A DNA stretch of 64,000 nt from Clostridia bacterium (GCA_035409945.1 DAONQC010000005.1:57075-121074); one strand, 5' to 3'; numbered from the stretch's first letter, positions 9,017-18,808 are shown. Made by a program: numbers and translations. Notes: generated by a model not told the origin, from the letters alone.

Positions 9017-10726
9017 TTACTTTGTTTTACCAACAAATAACTTACTTGTTGAGCCTTTCTTTGTTATATCCACAAGGGGTATATTACATTCTTTTGAGAT
9101 TATTTCAGCTACTAGTGGAGAGCAAAAACCTCCTTGGCATCTGCCCATCCCGGGACGTACTCTCCTCTTTATTGCATCTATTTGAGGAACTACTATTGGA
9201 GACCTAAGTACATCTATTATTTCACCTTTTGATATCTCTTCACAACGACAGACAATTTCACCATAATCGGGGTTTTTCTTAATTAACTCATCTCTTTCTT
9301 CAACTGTCATTTCACTAACCTTGGGAATAGGTTTTCTTGTAGCGACAAACGAAGTATTTGGTTTAACTACTATATTTTCATTTTCATACATTGCTTGAAT
9401 TACTAAATTTGCTATCTCTACAGCAATAGCTGGAGCTGCAGTAATCCCTGGAGACTGTATTGCAGCAGCTTGTACAAAATTACGCACTTTTTTGTTCTTT
9501 TCAATTATGAATTCTTCTTCATATGAAGGAGCTCTAGTCCCTGCAAAATATGTGATTATATCCTGTCTTTTTAGACTTGGTACTGTAGTGGATTGTTTTG
9601 CCCAAATTTCATCTATGTCCTCACGAGAGGTTTTTTCATCTTCTTTATCTATTATCTCTGTTGCGTTTGGTCCAAGAAGGGTATTTTTATCTATGGTAGG
9701 AAGTATTCCTCCACCTTTAGTTTTTGAGCCTTTTTTAACCATTATTCCGATAACAGATTTTGTAAGGCGAGAATCTTGATTGGCTTTTTTATCCATTATT
9801 ATTTCTACACCTTTTCTTGGATGAATAGTAAAAAATCTATCTCCTGCCCATTCTGCAATGGTATCGCTAAACACACCAGCTGCATTAATTACAACTTTAG
9901 GAAATATGGTCCCCCTCGTTGTCTTCACTGCTTTTATGTATGTACCATCACTGACAATTCCAGTAACTGCGCAGTTTAAGGCAATTTCCACTCCGTTAAT
10001 TGCTGCTGATTCAGCAAAGGCTATTGTTGTTTGGTAGGGACAAATTATTCCTGCCGATGGACAGGCAAAACCTCCATAGTTATACCCTACATTTGGAGCT
10101 ATTTCTTTAATCTCATCATTTGTTAAACCTTCAATTGGAATATCATTAAGTTTACCTCTCAACTTGATGAAGGGTAATAATAGTTTTTGAAACTTTGTGG
10201 TAAATAACACAGTTTGCCCACACCTATCAAACTCAAGACCTAAATCCTTACTTAACTGGTCGTACATCTTATTGCCAGCTACATTGTATTTAACTTTGAT
10301 GCTTGAAGATTTTAAATCAATACCAGGATGGATTTCACCATCGTTTCTAGAAGATTGAGCCATTGCAACATCGGATTCTTTTTCTACAAGCATTACATCT
10401 AGCTCATATTTACTTAGTTCTCTAGCTATTGCGCACCCTACTATCCCGCCCCCAATAATTAGTACATCAGGAGTTTTCCCCTCATACTTATTATCTTTAA
10501 AACTGGGGATACGCATAGGTTTTGGGGTATAACCTTTTAGTTTAATGTTATTTACAACACCTCTAGATTTTTTGGAAATTGCAAGTTGACCACACTTTAA
10601 AATATCTTCATATGATAAAAGCTCGCCTTCAAGCACCGTTGCACCATTTTCATACTTTACAACAATTTGCCCATAGCCAGCTTTAACTAATTTTTTCTGT
10701 ATGATTTTTATAAAATTTTTATTCAC
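9017..10726 (-). CDS. FAD-dependent oxidoreductase, glycerol-3-phosphate dehydrogenase (GlpA)/LhgO-like, with C-terminal BFD-like [2Fe-2S] domain and N-terminal BON-like extension
   Basis: IIGGGIVG, SSRNDGEIHPG, SPGITAAPAIA, CRCE...GMGRCQGGFC; GTG start with AGGAG RBS. Confidence 0.85.
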   Translation of the reverse strand: MNKNFIKIIQKKLVKAGYGQIVVKYENGATVLEGELLSYEDILKCGQLAISKKSRGVVNNIKLKGYTPKPMRIPSFKDNKYEGKTPDVLIIGGGIVGCAIARELSKYELDVMLVEKESDVAMAQSSRNDGEIHPGIDLKSSSIKVKYNVAGNKMYDQLSKDLGLEFDRCGQTVLFTTKFQKLLLPFIKLRGKLNDIPIEGLTNDEIKEIAPNVGYNYGGFACPSAGIICPYQTTIAFAESAAINGVEIALNCAVTGIVSDGTYIKAVKTTRGTIFPKVVINAAGVFSDTIAEWAGDRFFTIHPRKGVEIIMDKKANQDSRLTKSVIGIMVKKGSKTKGGGILPTIDKNTLLGPNATEIIDKEDEKTSREDIDEIWAKQSTTVPSLKRQDIITYFAGTRAPSYEEEFIIEKNKKVRNFVQAAAIQSPGITAAPAIAVEIANLVIQAMYENENIVVKPNTSFVATRKPIPKVSEMTVEERDELIKKNPDYGEIVCRCEEISKGEIIDVLRSPIVVPQIDAIKRRVRPGMGRCQGGFCSPLVAEIISKECNIPLVDITKKGSTSKLFVGKTK

Positions 10727-11099
10727 TGAGCTCTCCTAGTCATAACCAAATGAATGCATCTTCTAGGTTTGAACCATACATAGTAGAATACCTGTGCATT
10801 CTATAACATATGACACATTAAACCTAAATCACCGACCCATTACGATTATACTACCACTTAAACAAGAGTGTGTAAAGAGCGGAGTTTTTTACTATCGCCA
10901 CCATTTGCAACGACCAAGTACCTATTTGTCGTCCTCCGTACTATGACAACCAACACTTATCTTATAACGCCTAGCGTCTATTCACCGTGCACTTACTATG
11001 ATAACTTACACTTGCTATTTGTAACCAATGTCGTTTGAGTTTATCAAATCTTGATTTGTCTTGATTAGCAAAAGTTTGCCTTAAAAAATTAACTGTTGC

Positions 11100-11753
11100 T
11101 TATTTTTCTTTGCCATCATTATCTTCAGGCTGGACCAAGTTTAAATCCTTGTTACCATTATCTTCTGGTTTAACCGAATCTAAATCTTCGCTACTTTTAT
11201 CTTCTTCTGCATCTCCTACTTTTACTAGTGTGATTTGCTGTAAAAGGACATATTCAACGATACTTAAGGTAATAGCGACTGTAGTTAGAAAAAGCCCTAC
11301 TAGTTCTAGAGTTAAAAATTCAGTCTTACTTTCAACTGAAATAAAAATAATTTTACATATGATGTGAATACATAGCATTACTAATTTACCTAGTGACAAA
11401 GATTCCTTTGCTGCTTTAATATCGAAAAACTCTTTACGAGTTAAAATCTCTTTTTTAGAAAATATGCTACTTCTCTTAATGGCACTGACTATTATGAGAA
11501 GCAAAACTACTAGTCCTGACATAACTACATACCAAGAATATGTGGATTTCATATCAAAAATTAGTGGCGCTAAAACTATAGCAAAAAGAATTAGTGAAAT
11601 TATAATGAGTGCAAATCTATATTGGTTAAGTAAATGCTTATCGGCTGTGATTGCATACTTTTCACCGATATATACAGCCTTTGTTTTGATTTTGCCTTTA
11701 GTATCTTCGCTTGGCTCTAGTTTATAATCTTTAATTACTTCTTTTCTTCTCAT
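11100..11753 (-). CDS. Hypothetical membrane protein (about 4 TM) with a 13-aa duplicated acidic C-terminal tail
   Basis: Four hydrophobic segments; DLDSVKPEDNGNK / DLNLVQPEDNDGK repeat. Confidence 0.75.
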   Translation of the reverse strand: MRRKEVIKDYKLEPSEDTKGKIKTKAVYIGEKYAITADKHLLNQYRFALIIISLILFAIVLAPLIFDMKSTYSWYVVMSGLVVLLLIIVSAIKRSSIFSKKEILTRKEFFDIKAAKESLSLGKLVMLCIHIICKIIFISVESKTEFLTLELVGLFLTTVAITLSIVEYVLLQQITLVKVGDAEEDKSSEDLDSVKPEDNGNKDLNLVQPEDNDGKEK

Positions 11754-11819
11754 TTTTACCTTACATTCTCTTTATCATTATGCATCTATGATAACACAAT
11801 AAGCACTTTTATTATCTTT

Positions 11820-12138
11820 TTCATATATTGACTGCTTGCTATTTATTCTCGCAGGCGCCTACTTTTCAGGTTGAATTTCGTTCGTCTGGACGGGGTTTAT
11901 TATCTTTTAATGGCCTTCCTCTATATTAGTTCATTTTACTTTGTCATCACTTATTTAGATATTGACTATTATATACTTCTACAAGTAGCCTATCTTTTCA
12001 GGTTGAGATTCATTTGTACAGACCTAGGTTTATTATATTCTATTGACTGTCTTCCATATGAGCTTTGTTTTAACCTTTCATCACTTATTCAGATACTGAC
12101 TGTTGTATATTTCTGCATACAAGCCATCCTTTTCAAGG
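11820..12138 (-). repeat. Three degenerate tandem units (about 133-134 bp period); the rightmost contains the end of the ABC transporter gene
   Basis: TCATCACTTATT at 11944 and 12078; ATA(T/C)TGACT at 11825, 11959 and 12093; CTTTTCAGGTTGA at 11862 and 11994. Confidence 0.85.
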
Positions 12139-13871
12139 AGGGTTTTATGTGTGCCTGTTTCTACGATACTTCCATCATCTATAACTAAAATCAAATCTGC
12201 GTTTACTATAGTTGATAGTCTATGTGCTATTACAAAAGCTGTCTTATCCTTCATAAGTTTATCCATAGCTTTTTGAATTAATAGTTCTGTTCTAGTGTCT
12301 ACATTAGATGTTGCTTCATCAAGAATGAGAAGTTCTCTAGCTGATAAAAATGCTCTTGCAATGGTAAGCAGCTGTTTTTGTCCACCCGATAAATTAGAAG
12401 TTCCTTCATCTAGTTCAGTATCATAGCCGTCTGGAAGTGCTTTAATAAAATGATCAGCATAAGCGTGATCACAAGCCTCCATAACTTCTTCTAAAGTTGC
12501 TCCGTCTTTTGCATATCTAACATTTTCAAACACAGTTCCTTTGAATAGCCAAGTATCTTGTAGCACCATAGAAAACAAGTCTCTTACGCTCTCTCTAGAC
12601 ACTGTATTAATGTCAATCCCATCTATATAAATATGCCCACTTTGAATGTCATAGAAACGCATAAGCAAATTAACTATAGTAGTTTTTCCGGCACCCGTTG
12701 GACCAACAATGGCTACCTTTTGCCCCTTTTTAATGTCAATATTTAGATTTTCAATAAGAGGTTTATCTTCGCTATAACTAAAGTATACATTTTCAAATTT
12801 AACGTTGCCTTCTATCTCTTTAGGCATATCTCCAGTGATAACTTCCATCTCTTCATAATCGAGCATCTCATACACTCTCTTAGCCGAAGCTTTAACTCTT
12901 TGCATACTAGCCATACCTTGCGCTATTTGTTCTAGAGGTTGAGTAAATTGTTTAGAGTATAACAAGATGGCAATAACCCCACCAAGTGATAAAAGTCCAT
13001 TGATTGCTAGATATCCACCTAGTAGACAAATTAACGCATAGGAGATACTACTTGTAAAAGTTACTATTGGCACCATCATCCCTGTTAGAATCTGACCCTT
13101 TTTAGATGACTCTGCAATTTCTTTAGTAATATCTGCACCTGCTTTTTCCCTATCGGGCTCTAGTCCATATGCTTTGACAGTAGCGTATCCTGAGTACGTC
13201 TCTTCAAGCTGGACATAATATTTTTCGACACATTCTCTTTCTTTAGAGAAATGCCTAGAACCTTTACCTCCCACTATTGCAGCTAAAGCCATAGATATCG
13301 GCACCATCCCAACTACTACAAGTGCTAGTTGCCAGTTGATTATAAACATCATAACCATCATGGCTAAAACTTGAAAAACTCCCATTATCAACATATCAAT
13401 TATTTCGTGGATGGTGTTTCCCATATCTGATACGTCTGAAGTAATTCGCGAAAGCATTTGACCAGGTTCAGTCTTATCTATATAACTAACTGGTAACATT
13501 TTAATCTTATCTGACATACGTATACGAATATTTGCTGTAAAATGTCTACTTACTGTATAATTCATAACCAGCATTTTTATATACGATAGTATCGCCTTTA
13601 TTACATACATTGAAAGTAATAAAAGGAGTGGTTGCATAACTTCTTTCATCAAGTCAAAAGTTTGTTCTGTTCCTTTAATAAGCCAGTATCTGTTTAAAGT
13701 GTCGACTACTTCTTTTGCAAAAATTGGCGCAATCATATTGGTAGCTATAACTAAAAAAGCTAAAACTGCACCCACCGTCAATCCAGATCGTATTTTTTTC
13801 GCTTCGAATATAAGCCTTAAAATAGTTCTATCTTTTTCTTTTTTAACACGAGGCTTTGTTGATTTATTCAT
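12081..13871 (-). CDS. Heterodimeric ABC exporter subunit (TM + ATPase; TM288-like, consensus site)
   Basis: GPTGAGKTT, LSGGQKQ, LILDEATS, IAHRLST; AGGAGG RBS favours the MNKSTK start at 13871 (ORF track starts at 13904). Confidence 0.9.
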   Translation of the reverse strand: MNKSTKPRVKKEKDRTILRLIFEAKKIRSGLTVGAVLAFLVIATNMIAPIFAKEVVDTLNRYWLIKGTEQTFDLMKEVMQPLLLLLSMYVIKAILSYIKMLVMNYTVSRHFTANIRIRMSDKIKMLPVSYIDKTEPGQMLSRITSDVSDMGNTIHEIIDMLIMGVFQVLAMMVMMFIINWQLALVVVGMVPISMALAAIVGGKGSRHFSKERECVEKYYVQLEETYSGYATVKAYGLEPDREKAGADITKEIAESSKKGQILTGMMVPIVTFTSSISYALICLLGGYLAINGLLSLGGVIAILLYSKQFTQPLEQIAQGMASMQRVKASAKRVYEMLDYEEMEVITGDMPKEIEGNVKFENVYFSYSEDKPLIENLNIDIKKGQKVAIVGPTGAGKTTIVNLLMRFYDIQSGHIYIDGIDINTVSRESVRDLFSMVLQDTWLFKGTVFENVRYAKDGATLEEVMEACDHAYADHFIKALPDGYDTELDEGTSNLSGGQKQLLTIARAFLSARELLILDEATSNVDTRTELLIQKAMDKLMKDKTAFVIAHRLSTIVNADLILVIDDGSIVETGTHKTLLEKDGLYAEIYNSQYLNK

Positions 13872-15663
13872 CACATCTACCTCCTGTCTTTGATACTGAT
13901 TCATTCAAATTGCTACCAGTAGTTGAAGTTAGCGTTTCATTTAGTAAAGCCCCACCTGTTTGCGATAGATATATTTCACGGTATAATTTACAACTTTCTA
14001 ATAAATCTTTATGTTTACCTCTTGCAATTATTTCACCCTTATCCAGCACAAATATTTGGTCACACCCCATAGCAGAAGCTACTCTTTGAGTAATATATAT
14101 TTGAGTACTACCTGATAATTTTTCATTTAGCTTTTTCCGTATTCTAGATTCTGTTAAAAAATCAAGAGATGAAAAACTGTCATCAAAAACATATATGGGC
14201 GCATTTTTTAAAATTGCCCTTGCCATTGCTAGTCTTTGCTTTTGTCCACCTGACAAATTACTCCCTTTAGGTTGTATTTCATAATCTAGCCCTTCAGTAT
14301 GTTCTTTTAAAAAACTTCCAAGTTGAGCTGTCTTAATGGCTTCGCAGACTTCTTCATCACTTGCATCTTTCCTGCCCATTAGTACATTACTTTTGATGGT
14401 TCCTTTAAAGATGTTTGATTTTTGTAAAACACATGAAATATTAGTTCTTCTTCTATGTTCACTTATCGTGCTAATGTCTTGATTATCAAAATATATATTG
14501 CCACTAGTATTATTAAAAAAGCCCATAAGTAAATTAATTATGGTTGTTTTACCTGAGCCCGTCCCACCTATAAATGAAACTTTTTCACCTTTTTTTATTT
14601 CAAAGTTAAGGTTTGTTACTGATGGCGCTAACGCATTAGGATAAAGAAACTCAACATTTTCAAAGCGAATATTTCCTTCTAATGGCATGTCATCTTCTTC
14701 TACTCTTGCAGGAATGCCCTTACTATCTAGCACCTCTTTTATGCGACCATAACTTGCCTTAACTCTTGGTAACATTACAAATATAAAAGTTAAATTCATA
14801 ATAGACATCATAGCAAGTGCTACATACTCAATTACAGATACAATATTACCTGCACTAAGCGCGCTCCCTGGCTGTTGCATCTTGTGCGCGCCAACAGTGT
14901 ATATGAGTATTATCGTGAGATTTAGAACTAAAACAGCGAGTGGCGGTACCAGCCCCATATGTACATTAGCTTTAATAATATTTTCCGCCATAACATTAGT
15001 CGCATCTTTTGCCCGTTTCATTTCATGTTCTTCTTTATTAAATGCTCTAATAACCCTAATCCCAGTTAATCTTTCTTTAATTATGGCATTTTGGATGTCT
15101 ATATATTTATCGCTTTTTAACCATAGTGGCATAGTTTTTCTAGATATTAAAATGAGTACAACCACAAGTATCGGTACACTAGCAAACATAATAATTGCAA
15201 GCGACCAGTCCCTAATAAATGCTAAAACTGTTCCACCTATCAAAAACATTGGAACTGTCACCATACTACTAATCGTTACACTAGCCATCATAGTAATTAC
15301 CCAAACATCTTCTGTGGATCTTGTTAAAAGCGATGATGGGCCTATTTTATTAACTGTTTCATATGTTAACGTATTTGCTTTTTGAAAAACTAAATCCCTT
15401 ATTCTCTTACCATATGAAGCATAGACTTCAGCAAGTAGCTTATTTACAATAAGCATTAAAACCACACCGATTATAGCAAGTGCTAGCATAAGAAGGGCAT
15501 TTTTCCAGACATAATCAAAATCCCCCTGATTTATGCCCTTATCAACAATCTCACTAAGTAATGTAGGTAGCGCAAGAGAAGCTGCTACACTAACTAGTAA
15601 TAGAAGCGATATTAAAACTATTTTTTTTCTCTCTGGCTTAAGTAAAGCTATAAATTGTTTCAT
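13864..15663 (-). CDS. Heterodimeric ABC exporter subunit (TM + ATPase; TM287-like, degenerate site)
   Basis: GGTGSGKTT, LSGGQKQR; degenerate Walker B (VFDDSFS) and switch (ITQR). Confidence 0.9.
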   Translation of the reverse strand: MKQFIALLKPERKKIVLISLLLLVSVAASLALPTLLSEIVDKGINQGDFDYVWKNALLMLALAIIGVVLMLIVNKLLAEVYASYGKRIRDLVFQKANTLTYETVNKIGPSSLLTRSTEDVWVITMMASVTISSMVTVPMFLIGGTVLAFIRDWSLAIIMFASVPILVVVLILISRKTMPLWLKSDKYIDIQNAIIKERLTGIRVIRAFNKEEHEMKRAKDATNVMAENIIKANVHMGLVPPLAVLVLNLTIILIYTVGAHKMQQPGSALSAGNIVSVIEYVALAMMSIMNLTFIFVMLPRVKASYGRIKEVLDSKGIPARVEEDDMPLEGNIRFENVEFLYPNALAPSVTNLNFEIKKGEKVSFIGGTGSGKTTIINLLMGFFNNTSGNIYFDNQDISTISEHRRRTNISCVLQKSNIFKGTIKSNVLMGRKDASDEEVCEAIKTAQLGSFLKEHTEGLDYEIQPKGSNLSGGQKQRLAMARAILKNAPIYVFDDSFSSLDFLTESRIRKKLNEKLSGSTQIYITQRVASAMGCDQIFVLDKGEIIARGKHKDLLESCKLYREIYLSQTGGALLNETLTSTTGSNLNESVSKTGGRCDE

Positions 15664-15870
15664 GCAACCTTCTCTTTTTACTAACTATAAATATAGTATC
15701 ATTAAACTAATTTTTAGCACAATTTAAACCACAATATAATAGTGTTATTTACTATCAAAAGTTGCCCTTACCTCCGTAACGCTCGAGGGTCTGTTTACTG
15801 CCCCACTTACTATGACAACTAACATTAACTACTATCAGACTCAAATTAAAACCACCCAATACCAATATGA

Positions 15871-15894
15871 AAAAACTGTATTTCTACAGTTTTT
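15871..15894 (-). terminator. Intrinsic terminator after abiEii-like gene
   Basis: AAAAACTGTA-tttc-TACAGTTTTT perfect inverted repeat. Confidence 0.6.
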
Positions 15895-15929
15895 ATCGCC
15901 TGATAACAAATAATTGTGGGAGTTTCTTG

Positions 15930-16865
15930 TTATCTGCCCATGTCTGGAGATGGTTTATCCATATAAAAAGCCTCATCTCTAATTTTATACAAGGTATCTA
16001 CCGTGTCTTCATATGTCACATCCTCGCCTTTGTTGAGTAGATGTTTTGTGACATTATTATAATCATATTCATAAAAATTGGAGTCAACAATTTCTGACAA
16101 TACTTCGTAGATATTTACATCTGGATTTGCAGATATTGCAAACGGACTATTTTGTCTTGCATCACGCGTTTCAAAGACTAATTTTTCAAACTCTTTATCA
16201 AACTTAATTTTCGGATATAGTTTATGTAAATCATATAAATGTCGCGATGTTCTCTCTTTAAACTCACCTAAATAGTAATCACACAATGCAAATATTTTAT
16301 CAACAAATGTTCTTTCTACCGTCTGAGTTTGTATTGGAAACGGCTCTAAATTATAGTCCTGTATTAAACTTTCATACCTGCCCCCTTTAAGTGACTCATA
16401 TATTATATTAGACGCATGTCTTTCTTCAGAAGGAAAAGACTTTATCGAAAAAATAGTATCGATTTTTATGACAGGATCAATTCGCCCCTCTGCTGATTTA
16501 GGGTATTCTACTTTATAATTGTTAAACATTTTTTTACTTTTAATATGCTCTAAATTAGTAATTTTAAATCCCAATTTGTCACAAGTTCCCACAATAGCCC
16601 TTTTAGTATTAACTCGATTTCCCTGTGTTAAATAATCTTGCTTTAATGTTAAATCTATATCTTCAGAAAATCTTTTTATTATACTGTAACACTTTGATAG
16701 AGATGTTCCGCCTTTGAAAATTAAATTAGGAATTTCCTTTGATAATTCATTAAGCAATAAACTCACATAATAATCCTTTTCGATCATCGATTGACCTACC
16801 TTCGACTCCATTTCGACTGCTTTTAATGTTTCTGTGAATAATTTAGTATTCTCATGTAAATGCAT
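15930..16865 (-). CDS. AbiEii/AbiGii-family nucleotidyltransferase (type IV TA toxin)
   Basis: IEKDYYV, FKGGTSLSK...RFSEDIDL, ERTFVDKIFA, SRHLYDL; overlaps the upstream antitoxin gene. Confidence 0.9.
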   Translation of the reverse strand: MHLHENTKLFTETLKAVEMESKVGQSMIEKDYYVSLLLNELSKEIPNLIFKGGTSLSKCYSIIKRFSEDIDLTLKQDYLTQGNRVNTKRAIVGTCDKLGFKITNLEHIKSKKMFNNYKVEYPKSAEGRIDPVIKIDTIFSIKSFPSEERHASNIIYESLKGGRYESLIQDYNLEPFPIQTQTVERTFVDKIFALCDYYLGEFKERTSRHLYDLHKLYPKIKFDKEFEKLVFETRDARQNSPFAISANPDVNIYEVLSEIVDSNFYEYDYNNVTKHLLNKGEDVTYEDTVDTLYKIRDEAFYMDKPSPDMGR

Positions 16866-17478
16866 TTAAAACCTCACTTGATGCAAAATTTTTTATTGCC
16901 CTTGCTGGCATCACTTCAGCGAAGACAAATAAATCCTTAGGTAGTAATTTGTTTTTTTTCATATATGTAATTACATTTTCACTAAACTCTTTTGTTTGTT
17001 TTTCAGGCTCTACTAGATTAAAAGTTTCTAATAACATCAATTGTCTGTAGTTATCATTCGAAATATTAGTTCTTGATTTTTTTACATATGCACGACCCGA
17101 AATCACATCAACTGTTCTCCCCCTTGTGGATTCGTTGTTTGTTATTATTTCCACCGTGCTTGGCACTTGTGTTGATAATCCAAAAATATTTAAAATAGTA
17201 TTCCCGGTATAGAAACCATAATAATTTTTCCCATCAGTTATATATTTTTTTCTAAAAACATCTTCAGAACTCAATACCGACATCCCGAAAATATCAGAAA
17301 AAGTGGGAATATAATAGACACCACTATCATACCTCGCTAATTTTTTGTTTTTTAGTGCATCTCTAATCAGTCTATAAGCACTTTCACGGGTATAATCACC
17401 TAATTCTTCATAAATCTCTTTAAACAATATAGGTTCATTTTCTCCATACATTGCTTTTAAATTCTCAGTCCAGTCCAT
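16852..17478 (-). CDS. AbiEi-like antitoxin/transcriptional regulator (DUF6088-like), cognate to the toxin
   Basis: N-terminal wHTH ending LARYDSGVYY; GNTILNIFGLSTQVP motif; 14-bp overlap with toxin gene. Confidence 0.85.
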   Translation of the reverse strand: MDWTENLKAMYGENEPILFKEIYEELGDYTRESAYRLIRDALKNKKLARYDSGVYYIPTFSDIFGMSVLSSEDVFRKKYITDGKNYYGFYTGNTILNIFGLSTQVPSTVEIITNNESTRGRTVDVISGRAYVKKSRTNISNDNYRQLMLLETFNLVEPEKQTKEFSENVITYMKKNKLLPKDLFVFAEVMPARAIKNFASSEVLNAFT

Positions 17479-17500
17479 GTTCTACCTCTTTCATTTTGTT

Positions 17501-17559
17501 GTTATTAAAATGATACACTTTTTTACATAATAAGTCAATAATTGTATCAATACAATAAC
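17501..17559 (-). promoter_or_regulatory. Promoter (TTGACT-17-TATCAT) with overlapping inverted-repeat operator for the TA operon
   Basis: -35 at 17538-17533, -10 at 17515-17510; arms GTTATTaaAaTGATACA (17501-17517) and TGTATCAaTacAATAAC (17543-17559), 14/17 match, 25-bp spacer. Confidence 0.65.
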
Positions 17560-17861
17560 TTCCACTGTGCATAAGACATTGATGCAATTTGCAAAATATA
17601 CTCTATTATTAGCGACAATTATCTACGAGCTACTTTCTAAAAGTTACACTCTAGCACTAAACAATATCACAGTATCAAATGAATTACAATACCAAAAATT
17701 TATATTTATTAAAAACAGCAAGCAATGTACTTTAAATGGGACAGACAAGGTGTTTTTAACTGATTTATGCGTTTATTTGGCTCTTTTTTAAATGTTATTA
17801 CGCTACAAATAATAATTTGAATACACTTACAATATATGTTTTTTAACTCAGGTCACTGTTC

Positions 17862-18485
17862 TTAACCTTGTAGGTTCTTTTGTTTTCTTATGTGTTTCTC
17901 AATTAGTTTTCGTAAAACTTTTAGAGTTGTGTTGTTATATAGCACTGCAAGATTACAGATTAACTCCAAGTCTAGTGACCAAAACATATCCTCGTCTATT
18001 CGTAAATTGTCAAATAGAATATATTCTAATTCTTTTTGACTATAGCAAGGTCTAATACTGTATAACTTATCGCAAATTGCCTTTTCCGGACTTGCTATTA
18101 GGTAACCAGAATCTTGTTCTGCAATGTAACGCAAACCATAAGGATATGCTCTTGCTGGAATATCGGTATAATAGAAGTTTCCAAACTTTGTACGATAGCA
18201 CTTGGTTCTTCTCTTCCTAAAAGTTGCAGATGTAACATTGTATACTCGCTCTGGTATTAAACCATAATGTGCTAGTGCTGTTTCAAATGACACATACGAC
18301 GGTCCATAAATAACGCCAGCTAAAACATTTTTAGAAACATTTTGGTCCCGAACATATAGACCTCTAATGACTGGAATAATTTCACCATTTTTAACCATTC
18401 GACTAATCTTAGCCATGGGATTACTGTATTCTTTTAATTCCTGTTTAAGTCCATTTGTTGAAACTATCATAAAGCTCGTTACCAC
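17862..18485 (-). CDS. Second, unrelated AbiEi/AbiGI-like type IV TA antitoxin with no adjacent toxin (start possibly ATG at 18470)
   Basis: IRGLY, YGPSYVSFETALAHYGLIPE, IASPEKAICD motifs. Confidence 0.8.
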   Translation of the reverse strand: MVTSFMIVSTNGLKQELKEYSNPMAKISRMVKNGEIIPVIRGLYVRDQNVSKNVLAGVIYGPSYVSFETALAHYGLIPERVYNVTSATFRKRRTKCYRTKFGNFYYTDIPARAYPYGLRYIAEQDSGYLIASPEKAICDKLYSIRPCYSQKELEYILFDNLRIDEDMFWSLDLELICNLAVLYNNTTLKVLRKLIEKHIRKQKNLQG

Positions 18486-18578
18486 CGTTCTTTTAATCCT
18501 AGTTAATATACAATGTTTTATCTAACTGTTGCTAACCCAATATCTTCTACGAGAAATCGTTATATTTTTTATAACTTG

Positions 18579-18627
18579 TGATTTGCTCCACTAACTACAA
18601 TTTTACTGACTTTTTTGGAGCAAATCA
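18579..18627. promoter_or_regulatory. Perfect 12-bp inverted repeat, candidate operator
   Basis: TGATTTGCTCCA (18579-18590), 25-bp spacer, TGGAGCAAATCA (18616-18627), between the divergent antitoxin and ligase genes. Confidence 0.6.
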
Positions 18628-18808
18628 ACATATTATAATAATCAATTACTTGGTTTTTACATCTTCACAAAACTAAATGTTTATGATAATATATAGTGCT
18701 AAACTAAAGCGTTCAAAGAAGAAGGATGCAAGATGAATATATAAATAATGTTGCTAACATCTACTTAAGTTAAATTCAAACAACATTATTATACGAGGTA
18801 ATAAAAAC

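Noticed and set aside
11871..12188. 105-aa plus-strand ORF
   Set aside because: Overlaps the tandem echo region and is antisense to the ABC gene end; no coding signal
15930..15960. AbiEii C-terminal tail (KPSPDMGR) as a conjugative secretion signal
   Set aside because: Resemblance only; no relaxase, T4SS or integrase in the window
17567..17791. 74-aa plus-strand ORF between the antitoxin genes
   Set aside because: No RBS or recognisable motif; likely spurious
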